Under the pieces are notes generated by a model. It worked only from the letters and a program-made list of their open reading frames with translations. It was not told where the DNA came from and searched no databases. The translations under genes were made by a program, and so were the position numbers. Shown piece by piece: positions 15,301 through 22,955 of a stretch of 25,262 nt of DNA; within the stretch, counting starts at the first letter, position 1, and every line of letters begins with the position of its first letter. The stretch is taken from contig CAZCAP010000011.1 of assembly GCA_964496765.1 (NCBI GenBank), forward strand, positions 1 to 25,262, given 5' to 3'. Source of the DNA: an uncultured archaeon. Its GTDB lineage: Archaea > Iainarchaeota > Iainarchaeia > Iainarchaeales > CSSED10-239.

Positions 15301-15795
15301 TTTCTTGACCTTTGAGACAATCTTTTCTGATTCTAATTCTTTTGGGATTGGCTTTTCCAGAGGAGGAGAAGCTAATTTATTTTCATCAACATCATCTAAT
15401 TTAATTTTTTTAATCTCAATAACTGGTTCTGGCTCCTTTATTTGCTCACCTTTATGCAAGGATTTAAAATCAAATAATTTAATTCCAGGAGCTTTGACCT
15501 CATTGAAATCAATTTTATCTTCTTTTGAATCATTTACATCATCTTCAGTAACCGTTATTTTCCTTCTAGCGGTTCTACTTTTCAATGGAGTAAAATGAGT
15601 AATATTTTCATGATGTTCATCCTCAGCAACAGAAATAGAAGAAGATATTTTTGAGGTAATTTCACTAGTTAAATCAATCTTTTCAGAAACAGGTTCATTA
15701 TCTGGCACACCTATGGTTGAATTAATCTTTTTTAAAGTGATACCTGTATCACTGTTCTTGTCTCTTTCATTCGTTGACTTTTTATATTTTTTCAT
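12397..15795 (-). CDS. FlaI/PilB/VirB11-family secretion ATPase homolog with a degenerate P-loop and a ~690-aa low-complexity N-terminal extension
   Basis: 1132 aa. Residues ~690-1132 carry ordered family motifs: [66 protein letters not shown] and [10 protein letters not shown]. The Walker A position reads [14 protein letters not shown] instead of G..GSGKTT.LNA. The N-terminal part is K/E/P-rich and contains the PQELPxVI repeats. Confidence 0.8.
   Translation of the reverse strand: [1132 protein letters not shown]
14974..15147 (-). repeat. 24-bp tandem repeat, about 7 units, encoding (I/V)(V/I)PQELPx octapeptides inside the ATPase-homolog gene
   Basis: Plus-strand units include GGTAACTCCTGAGGAATAACAATT, GGAAGCTCCTGGGGAATAACAATT and GGAAGTTCCTGAGGGATAACAATT. 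The protein reads [59 protein letters not shown] (aa ~217-274). Confidence 0.9.
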
Positions 15796-15857
15796 AGGTA
15801 ACTTTTCATAAACAACTATAGGTCATATAGTTATATACTATAAGTATAACAGATAAG

Positions 15858-15876
15858 TATATTTAAAAATATATCT
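15858..15876 (-). promoter_or_regulatory. Putative promoter of the ATPase-homolog gene, sharing the TATTTAAAAATAT core with the pilin promoters
   Basis: GTATATTTAAAAATATATC lies in the 94-bp gap between the peptidase stop (15890) and ATG 15795. On the minus strand it reads ATATTTTTAAATA, about 65 nt upstream of the ATG, the same distance class as at the pilin genes. Confidence 0.4.
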
Positions 15877-15889
15877 TAGTTTTAGAAAC

Positions 15890-16630
15890 CTAGAGGAATG
15901 CAGAAAAGTATTGAAATATAAATGGAAACCTAAAAACAAATAGAATAATAACTGTAAAAATATAGGACAATAGGATAAGCAAAATAAATGGAAGAAGTGG
16001 TGAAACCCAAACATATTTGATATGGTGTTGCTTTGAAAACTTTTTAAGCCTATTGATTTCCAAGAGTGGATTAAAGTTAGGAATAAATTTAGTTTCTCTT
16101 ACAATCCTACCATTCCTATAGCTTATTTTTTCAAGAGGAGTATTAAACTCATTTAAGCTTGATATTTTCTTAGGAGTTCCAAGAAACATGAGACAAATGG
16201 ATTTAAACAAGGGATAACTTGGATAGTAGCCTCTAAATTTGTTATAGAAAAATAATAAAATAGGAATTCCAAGCATAAATAACAAAGCAAACAAGAAAAC
16301 AACTATAACAAATAAATATGAATACATGCTTGTGAATGCAAGTGCAACAATTGTATAGAGATCGCCTTCACCAAGATATGCAAGCTTGGTTAGTCTCCCA
16401 ATCAAATAAATTATTAATACAAAACCAAAAACAATTGCAATTTGAATAAAGTAACTCTTCCACAAACCAAAATTAAATTGAAACACAAATATTCCTAAAT
16501 AAAAAAGTGACAGAATAGCCAATAGAATAAGATAAGTAATATTTATTTCTCTGGATTTAATATCCTGGTAGGAAACATATCCAAGTAACAAAATTGTTAA
16601 AATAATTATTGGAAGGTAAACTAAACTCAT
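15890..16630 (-). CDS. A24-family prepilin/preflagellin peptidase (PibD/FlaK/EppA-like)
   Basis: 246 aa, polytopic membrane protein. The first catalytic Asp context is YQDIKSREI near the N-terminus. The second is in the GxGD-type motif YLGEGDLYTIVALAF. It sits adjacent to pilins carrying matching (K/R)(G/A)|(I/V)S cleavage sites. Confidence 0.85.
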   Translation of the reverse strand: MSLVYLPIIILTILLLGYVSYQDIKSREINITYLILLAILSLFYLGIFVFQFNFGLWKSYFIQIAIVFGFVLIIYLIGRLTKLAYLGEGDLYTIVALAFTSMYSYLFVIVVFLFALLFMLGIPILLFFYNKFRGYYPSYPLFKSICLMFLGTPKKISSLNEFNTPLEKISYRNGRIVRETKFIPNFNPLLEINRLKKFSKQHHIKYVWVSPLLPFILLILLSYIFTVIILFVFRFPFIFQYFSAFL

Positions 16631-16649
16631 CTAACATCACTAAAAATAT

Positions 16650-17579
16650 TTATTTTTTTTGTTTAATTGAATTCTTTGTTAAATACATCAGATCATTATA
16701 GGCTTTAATTTTGGTTTTCCTTGCAGTGGATCTAATGAATAACCCCTCAGTGTACTTGCCAGGAGGTCCAACAGCAACAATCTTTTTTGATTTAATTCTA
16801 TCAAGCAGGAAAGAAATTTGTTTATTAGTATCCATTTCTTCAAAAAATGTTTTTGGATTAGGAATATCAATGGTAAGTACTCCATTTCCAATTCTATCCA
16901 CATAATAACCTCCAGAACCAGCAGTAACATACTTTGCTTTTTGTCCAAGCTTAATTGCTGCAGAAAACTTAAAAACCACATCATAGCTCTTTTGATCTAT
17001 TTTTTTAGTAACTTTTTCAGATATCTTGGAAACACCAATTGCTTCAAAAAAGTTATGAATTTCAAAAAAATCAAGTAGTTTTTTTAAGGTTTTCAAGAAA
17101 AAAGAATCATACATATAATAAGATAAATAACCAAGAATTCCTGTATAGGCTTCAACACCAATGTTTTTTTCAGAAATTAATTTTTCAAGTTTTGGAAGAC
17201 CCATGATATAGGTTGCTGAGTTTTTAATTGATCCAAAGGGATGTGCAATAGAAATTAGATAATTTTTTTTAACACAAAAATCAATTAATCTTTTCAAAGA
17301 AACATTTGATTCATAGAGAATAGAATAATTATAAATATCATCATCATAGGCAAAAACAAGAACTTCTCCACAATCACTCATTATCTTCATTCCAGGAATT
17401 AAAATTTTATCCTTTGGTTTGATTGAAAGCAGATCAAAGTAAGCCTTCTTGGGATTACAATTATTGTATTCAGTTATTGCGGTTCCAAGAAGATTATTTT
17501 CAACAACCTGTGCCCAATATCTTTTAGGAGATTCTCTTGCTTTTCTTAAATGAGTATGTAAATCTAGATTATATAACAT
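16650..17579 (-). CDS. PHP-domain-like metal-dependent phosphoesterase (tentative)
   Basis: 309 aa. The N-terminal LDLHTHL is the typical first PHP His motif, and a later IAHPFG His-containing block is present. The rest was not assignable by eye. Confidence 0.45.
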   Translation of the reverse strand: MLYNLDLHTHLRKARESPKRYWAQVVENNLLGTAITEYNNCNPKKAYFDLLSIKPKDKILIPGMKIMSDCGEVLVFAYDDDIYNYSILYESNVSLKRLIDFCVKKNYLISIAHPFGSIKNSATYIMGLPKLEKLISEKNIGVEAYTGILGYLSYYMYDSFFLKTLKKLLDFFEIHNFFEAIGVSKISEKVTKKIDQKSYDVVFKFSAAIKLGQKAKYVTAGSGGYYVDRIGNGVLTIDIPNPKTFFEEMDTNKQISFLLDRIKSKKIVAVGPPGKYTEGLFIRSTARKTKIKAYNDLMYLTKNSIKQKK

Positions 17580-17587
17580 AATTATTC

Positions 17588-18712
17588 CTATTTATTACTT
17601 GCATAATATTTTTTCAAGTAAGTTTTTGTATCCTTTAGAAATTTATTTTTAAATTCTGCTTTCACAAGTCCAGCAGCAGCAAAGGGATGTCCTCCAAATT
17701 TACAATAGTTATCATAAATTGATTTTAGGTGTTTAATCACATTAAATTTAGTTGTATTTGTTCTAAAGGATATTGCATATTCATTTTTTATTTTCACTAG
17801 GATCAATGTATTATATCCACTAAATGCAAATTCTAATTGATTTTGAATAAGCCTTCTAGCCCCATTTTCTTTTTCATTAAGATTAAATAAAATTAATTTC
17901 TCTTTTTCATATTTTTTATATTTTTTTAAACATTTGAGTAGAAGTTTATCCCTGGTTTTGTTTATTTCTTTTTTTAAGTTTCGCAAATAAACTAAATCCT
18001 TTGAATCAGAAAAGAGATAATAAAAAATATTTCCTGAATCAATGCATTCTTTGAATGGAAGATAAATGTCCTCTATCTCAAGTGAATTATTAAAAAAGGA
18101 ATTAATAAACTCAACAAAATTGATTATCTCTGGTCTTGGAAGCCCCATAAAATAGTTTACTTCTTTTTCTTCATCAGTTAAAGGAATAAAAAATTCATTT
18201 GCTTCATAGATTGCATCAGTTATTCTTGCAACCAAGGAAAACCAACTTGGAAATTGTATGCTTGCTTTTGTTTTCACATACCCATAGGAATAGGCACCCA
18301 TTGATGGAACAACCTCTGTATTAAAATAATTAGCTATGTTTATCATATTCTCAGTTGTAAACTGATTCTTAGAACCTGCATGATGATCAATAATAAAATA
18401 ATTCAGTCCTTCAAATTTAGTGATAAACAATGGATCGAATTTATCTAATATAAGTATTGTTTTATTTTCAAAATTAAGCTTGCTACAATAGGAATCAAAA
18501 TTGTGCACATCCTCATAGGATATTGAATGAGTAATTACAACAAACCCAAGTGACCTGAAATATTTCTCAAAGCAATAGGCGGAAACCAATCCATCTAAAT
18601 CATCATGGGTTATTATTAAAATATTCTTATTATTAATTAATTTAATTTTATTAACTATATTATCTATCTTACTGTACATCTCTTCTTTTGGAATAAGATT
18701 ACCAGGATTCAT
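17588..18712 (-). CDS. DHH/DHHA1 family phosphoesterase (RecJ/NrnA-like)
   Basis: 374 aa. Motifs appear in order: ILIITHDDLDGLVSA (DHH motifs I-II), IIDHHAG (the DHH motif itself) and C-terminal GGHPFAAAG (the DHHA1 GGH motif). Confidence 0.8.
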   Translation of the reverse strand: MNPGNLIPKEEMYSKIDNIVNKIKLINNKNILIITHDDLDGLVSAYCFEKYFRSLGFVVITHSISYEDVHNFDSYCSKLNFENKTILILDKFDPLFITKFEGLNYFIIDHHAGSKNQFTTENMINIANYFNTEVVPSMGAYSYGYVKTKASIQFPSWFSLVARITDAIYEANEFFIPLTDEEKEVNYFMGLPRPEIINFVEFINSFFNNSLEIEDIYLPFKECIDSGNIFYYLFSDSKDLVYLRNLKKEINKTRDKLLLKCLKKYKKYEKEKLILFNLNEKENGARRLIQNQLEFAFSGYNTLILVKIKNEYAISFRTNTTKFNVIKHLKSIYDNYCKFGGHPFAAAGLVKAEFKNKFLKDTKTYLKKYYASNK

Positions 18713-19335
18713 AATAATACCCTTGCATCAACAACAAATAATCCATTCTCATTAATAATTACAGGATTCAAATCAAGCTCTTTAATGTCCTTCTTGATTG
18801 CAAGAGATGAAATCTTAACAAGCAATTGAACCAGGTCCTTCGTAGGATACTTAACTCCTCTTGCTCCTGCTAAGATCTTTCCAATCTTGGATACTGTTAT
18901 CATTTTTTCTGCATCTGCTTCTGTTATTGGAAGAATCTTGAATGTTACGTCTTTGATTATTTCAGTGTATATTCCACCAATTCCAAACATAATCACTTTT
19001 CCAAAAATTGGATCTTCCTTAATTCCTATAATTAGTTCTTGACCATAAACTTGCTTTTGAAGAACAACGTTTCCTCTGATCTTTTCTTTAGTCATTAGCT
19101 TATTTAATGAATTAAAAGAAGATAATAAATCCTTTTGATGCATTAGGTTAAGATAAATTCCTTTCTTTTCCGTCTTATGTAGGAAGGATGAACTTAGCTT
19201 CAGCACATAGGGATAGTCATTTATGCTTAAATCCAAGAGATCCTTGTCCTTGTTTATTTTATTAATTCCAAGAACAAAAGGTACTTTGTTTTCTTCAAGA
19301 AATTCAATAGACTCAATAAAAGTTAGTGGTTTCAT
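18709..19335 (-). CDS. ATP-grasp domain protein, similar to the beta-type domain of ADP-forming acetyl-CoA synthetase
   Basis: 208 aa. PYVLKLSS...HKTEKKGIYLNL, VVLQKQVYGQELIIGIKEDPIFGKVIMFGIGGIYTEIIKDVTFKILP and DLNPVII...VVDARV match the ATP-grasp_5 / succinyl-CoA-synthetase-like pattern. The gene overlaps the DHH gene by 4 bp. Confidence 0.6.
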   Translation of the reverse strand: MKPLTFIESIEFLEENKVPFVLGINKINKDKDLLDLSINDYPYVLKLSSSFLHKTEKKGIYLNLMHQKDLLSSFNSLNKLMTKEKIRGNVVLQKQVYGQELIIGIKEDPIFGKVIMFGIGGIYTEIIKDVTFKILPITEADAEKMITVSKIGKILAGARGVKYPTKDLVQLLVKISSLAIKKDIKELDLNPVIINENGLFVVDARVLL

Positions 19336-19541
19336 ATATCTTTCACTAATATATTATATACAATAGTTATAAAATAATATTGGTTTAATAATATATAGTA
19401 TATATACAGAAAAATGAAGGAATAATTCTTGATTAATATTTTATTTATAAAATTAAAATCCAATATATCTATTTTTAGATTTAAAGAATTACCTTTTAAA
19501 AACAAAAAAACTAGTGAAATATAACAGGAAGTGAATAATAA

Positions 19542-20873
19542 ATGACACTAAAATTAAAATGCCTCGGAGCAGGATACGAAGTTGGAAGAAGTGGCTTTCT
19601 TTTAACAGGAACAAACAAGATATTGTTTGACTATGGACTTAAGCTAAGTCCCAAGTTCGAAGGAGCAGAAGAAATAATAAACGAAGATGGAGAAGCAACA
19701 ATGTCATCGGAGGATGTGGAGCAACCAATTGCTATTAAAGAGTATGTTGATGCAGTCATTCTATCCCATGCTCATCTTGATCATTCAGGAGCAATCCCAT
19801 CTTTATTTAAAACTGAATCACCAAACCTATTCCTAATGGAAGCAACCCTTGATTTGTCTAACCTATTGTGGGCAGACACACTAAAAATTGCAAAGTTTGA
19901 TAAAAAAGATCCTCCATTCCAGGAGCAACACATATTAGAAGCAAATAAATCTGCATTCTATCTAGACTATAGAAATACAGTTGATATTACAGACAATACA
20001 AAACTAACATTCTATGATGCAGGACATATTATTGGTTCAGCAATCAGTGTGGTTGAAATGGATGGTAAAAAAATAATGTACACTGGAGACTATAGATATT
20101 CAGAATCACAATTGTTTGCTGGATGTGATAAGAAGCTACCAAAGGTGGATATACTTATTACTGAATCAACCTATGGTTCTGAAAAGCACGGTCCAAGAAA
20201 GAAGGTTGAAACAGATATTATTAAAGACGTTCAGGATACCCTGAAGAGAGGAGGAACAGCAATCATTGCATCCTTTGCTATTGAAAGAGCACAGGAACTA
20301 ATCGCTCTTCTCTATAATTACAAGATTAAAGCACCAGTCTATGTTGATGGAATGGGTGTTAAAGCAACAAAAATATTCTTAGACTATAAAGATTATTTTA
20401 AGGATTATAGTAACTTTAGAAAAGCAACTGATGCAGTTAAGTTTGTTACAAAGAAAGACAGAAAACAAATTGTTGATGGTGGAAAACCAAGCGTAATCAT
20501 AACAACAGCTGGTATGCTAGAGGGTGGACCAATCATGCACTACATTAAGGAACTTGGAGATAATCCAAAGAATTCAATTATTCTCTCTGGATATCAGGTG
20601 GAAGGAACCAATGGAGATAGATTAGTTAAAACTGGGAAATTGTATATAGATGGAGAAATTTATCAACCAAGAGCACCAATTAAGAAGCATTCTCTTTCTG
20701 GACACCCAGGAGAAGATGAACTTATTGCAATCGTAAAAATGGTAAGCCCAAAAAAGATTGTATGTGTTCATGGAGATCCAATAAACATAAACAATTTTCA
20801 AAAGAAATTAAAAGAGCTTGGATATTCAACTGTTGCACCTAAGGTTGGAGAAACCATTTCTCTTGATGTTTGA
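19542..20873 (+). CDS. MBL-fold beta-CASP ribonuclease (aCPSF2/RNase J-like)
   Basis: 443 aa. It has the metallo-beta-lactamase motif ILSHAHLDHSG, DAGHIIGS, a TESTYG-type block, and C-terminal SGHPGEDEL and CVHGDP (beta-CASP motifs B and C). The SD-like GGAAGTGA lies 9 nt upstream. Confidence 0.85.
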   Translation: MTLKLKCLGAGYEVGRSGFLLTGTNKILFDYGLKLSPKFEGAEEIINEDGEATMSSEDVEQPIAIKEYVDAVILSHAHLDHSGAIPSLFKTESPNLFLMEATLDLSNLLWADTLKIAKFDKKDPPFQEQHILEANKSAFYLDYRNTVDITDNTKLTFYDAGHIIGSAISVVEMDGKKIMYTGDYRYSESQLFAGCDKKLPKVDILITESTYGSEKHGPRKKVETDIIKDVQDTLKRGGTAIIASFAIERAQELIALLYNYKIKAPVYVDGMGVKATKIFLDYKDYFKDYSNFRKATDAVKFVTKKDRKQIVDGGKPSVIITTAGMLEGGPIMHYIKELGDNPKNSIILSGYQVEGTNGDRLVKTGKLYIDGEIYQPRAPIKKHSLSGHPGEDELIAIVKMVSPKKIVCVHGDPININNFQKKLKELGYSTVAPKVGETISLDV

Positions 20874-20892
20874 ATTTCAAGGATAACCTAAT

Positions 20893-21678
20893 ATGAATAG
20901 ACAATGCCCAAAATGTGGAGAAGAGATAACAGATGATAACGAGGTTTATAACTTCTGTATTGATTGCTATCTCAAGGATCATGAAATAATTGTTCTCCCA
21001 AAAATAGATCTTGTTTATTGTGTTAAATGTTCAAAGGTTAAGTATGCAGGTAAATTCTTTGATACTCTTGAAGAGGTTGAAAAAGCAATTGAAAAGCACA
21101 CAAAAATTAAAGAACTGGATACAGGTAAGCTCTCTATAAAATTAAATTTAGATTTTGAAAAAGGAGACTATTCAGTTAATGTTGTGCTTAAGGCATTGGT
21201 TGGACAAAAAGTAATAAGTGTAGAAAAAAAGGAAAGAGTTACAATTAAGAAGGAAGTATGCCAGGTTTGTTCAAGGGTTGCTGGAAACTATTTTACAACC
21301 ATTCTACAGGTTAGATTTCTTGATAAAAAAATTAAAGAACAGATTGGAAACCAAATTTACAACCAGATATATGACATGGTTGATTCAATTAATCAAAGTG
21401 GAACTAATAATCCAGATTCAACAATACACATTGTTAAGGAAGAAGTACAAAAAACTGGTGTTGATTTCTATTTAGATAACGTAAAGCAAACACACTTCAT
21501 AATGAGCTCTCTTCTAAAGAACAAATATGCAATGGATCATAAAATATCAAACACTCTTTTTGGATTAAGTAAAGAAGGACAGAGAGTGTATAGGCATACC
21601 TTTTGTATACATTTTGGAGAAAAAGAATTAGCACCTAAAGAAAGAGCAAAGCTAGAGGAAAAAGAACTTGAGGAATAG
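20893..21678 (+). CDS. NMD3-family protein (archaeal homolog of the 60S export/maturation factor)
   Basis: 261 aa. The paired Cys clusters CPKCGE...CIDCY...CVKCSK and later CQVCSRVAGNYFTTILQVR match the NMD3 N-terminal pattern (C..C...C..C...C..C; C..C.r...gy.eAilQlR). Confidence 0.75.
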   Translation: MNRQCPKCGEEITDDNEVYNFCIDCYLKDHEIIVLPKIDLVYCVKCSKVKYAGKFFDTLEEVEKAIEKHTKIKELDTGKLSIKLNLDFEKGDYSVNVVLKALVGQKVISVEKKERVTIKKEVCQVCSRVAGNYFTTILQVRFLDKKIKEQIGNQIYNQIYDMVDSINQSGTNNPDSTIHIVKEEVQKTGVDFYLDNVKQTHFIMSSLLKNKYAMDHKISNTLFGLSKEGQRVYRHTFCIHFGEKELAPKERAKLEEKELEE

Positions 21679-21681
21679 GTT

Positions 21682-22455
21682 ATGCAACCTAAGCTTGTTT
21701 CAAAAATAATTAAAAGATTAAAACCAAAAAGCATAGAAGAAAGATTAATAAACATAAGAAAACTTGAAAAAAATATAGGTTATAAGAAAAAACCTAAATC
21801 TCCTATTTATAGTAAAGAAGTTCCAAAAGAAGCAATAGACCATTTTTTTGAAAAGCTTGAGAACGGAACACTAAACAAATTCTATGAAGATAGAGCAAAG
21901 GATCCAAAAAAGAGTAAAAACATAAAAGAATGGATCAATAAAGGAAAAATCATTCCAGAGGTGCCAAGAATAGTTTTCCCAATAACACCTTCAGTTCTAG
22001 GAACAGTGAGAATACTTAGTAAAGGATACTTAACTGCTTATTTAAAATCAGCAACTGCATTCTATAGAACTGTTGGAGAATACAAAAATAAGTTTAATAG
22101 TTTTGAGATTCAACCAATTAATATTTTAGGAATACAAAAATTAAAAACAGGGAAATATGCTCTCCTAGAGAAAGTATATCCAGCAATGTCTATTGCAGAT
22201 CATCTTTTTTTTAGCAAAGAAGAATTAAATAGATATTATAAATCAACTATTAGATTCTTTGGAAATGAAAATTCAAAACTCACTGCAGAACATAAAGACA
22301 AACTAAGAATTGCATACAATGAGTACAAGCACAAATTTTATAAGACCGCAGACATCGCAGAAGGAAACGTGTTGGTTCTTGATTACAACCCAGGAACAAA
22401 AAAGTTCTTGTTTGGACCAATAGATTTTGTTGGACAATCTCCATCGCAATTATAA
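21682..22455 (+). CDS. Hypothetical protein (possible atypical kinase-like catalytic-loop motif)
   Basis: 257 aa with no confident family. It lies 3 nt after NMD3, apparently in the same operon. ADIAEGNVLVL...PIDFVGQ resembles the D....N catalytic loop plus a DFG-like metal-binding motif. Confidence 0.5.
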   Translation: MQPKLVSKIIKRLKPKSIEERLINIRKLEKNIGYKKKPKSPIYSKEVPKEAIDHFFEKLENGTLNKFYEDRAKDPKKSKNIKEWINKGKIIPEVPRIVFPITPSVLGTVRILSKGYLTAYLKSATAFYRTVGEYKNKFNSFEIQPINILGIQKLKTGKYALLEKVYPAMSIADHLFFSKEELNRYYKSTIRFFGNENSKLTAEHKDKLRIAYNEYKHKFYKTADIAEGNVLVLDYNPGTKKFLFGPIDFVGQSPSQL

Positions 22456-22472
22456 TATAGGAAGATGAAAAC

Positions 22473-22955
22473 ATGCCAATTAGAGTTAAAGAAAGATTAA
22501 CCAAGATTTTTAAAAGAAAACCAAAAATGGCAATGAAAAAAATCACAACCGGTCATCACTATGAGTTCTGGATACATGATTATAAAATGAAGAGCATAGG
22601 AGATGCAAGTAAATTTCTAAAAGAGACTGATAATCAAATAAGAAAGCTATACAAGAAGGATAATCAAGCAATTATTAAAATGGCAGGTTGGATTTTCGCA
22701 GCTCACCCAGCGTTTGCAAAAAGATACAATATCCAATTTGATGCAAAAGAACAGATGGCCTGGAGAAAAGAATTTAAGAAACACATATCTCAGGTAATTT
22801 CATTTAAGCATGAACCAAAAGGAGATATCTTTACTGTTAGATTAAAAACAGGAGAAATAAAAGAGATACAATTCAAAGATATTCCTTCTCTTTATTTGTA
22901 CTTTTCAGATCCAAAAACAATAGAAACTCTAAAGGAAAATAAAATCATTTCTTGA
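22473..22955 (+). CDS. Hypothetical basic protein
   Basis: 160 aa, preceded by SD-like GGAAGATGA. No motif recognised. Its 3' end overlaps the convergent aspS 3' end by 11 nt. Confidence 0.5.
   Translation: MPIRVKERLTKIFKRKPKMAMKKITTGHHYEFWIHDYKMKSIGDASKFLKETDNQIRKLYKKDNQAIIKMAGWIFAAHPAFAKRYNIQFDAKEQMAWRKEFKKHISQVISFKHEPKGDIFTVRLKTGEIKEIQFKDIPSLYLYFSDPKTIETLKENKIIS

Noticed and set aside
9894-16630. Interpreting the cluster as an archaellum (flagellar) operon
   Set aside because: There is no FlaH/KaiC-like gene, no FlaF/G/C/D/E-type genes and no archaellin-sized (about 200-aa) subunits. The substrates are giant adhesin-type pilins, so an adhesive pilus or surface-display system fits better.
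19336-19541. The 206-bp divergent intergenic region as a possible ncRNA or mobile-element remnant
   Set aside because: It is extremely AT-rich with several TATA-like runs, and a clear SD (GGAAGTGA) precedes 19542. I saw no repeats, hairpins or conserved blocks, so it is consistent with ordinary divergent promoters.
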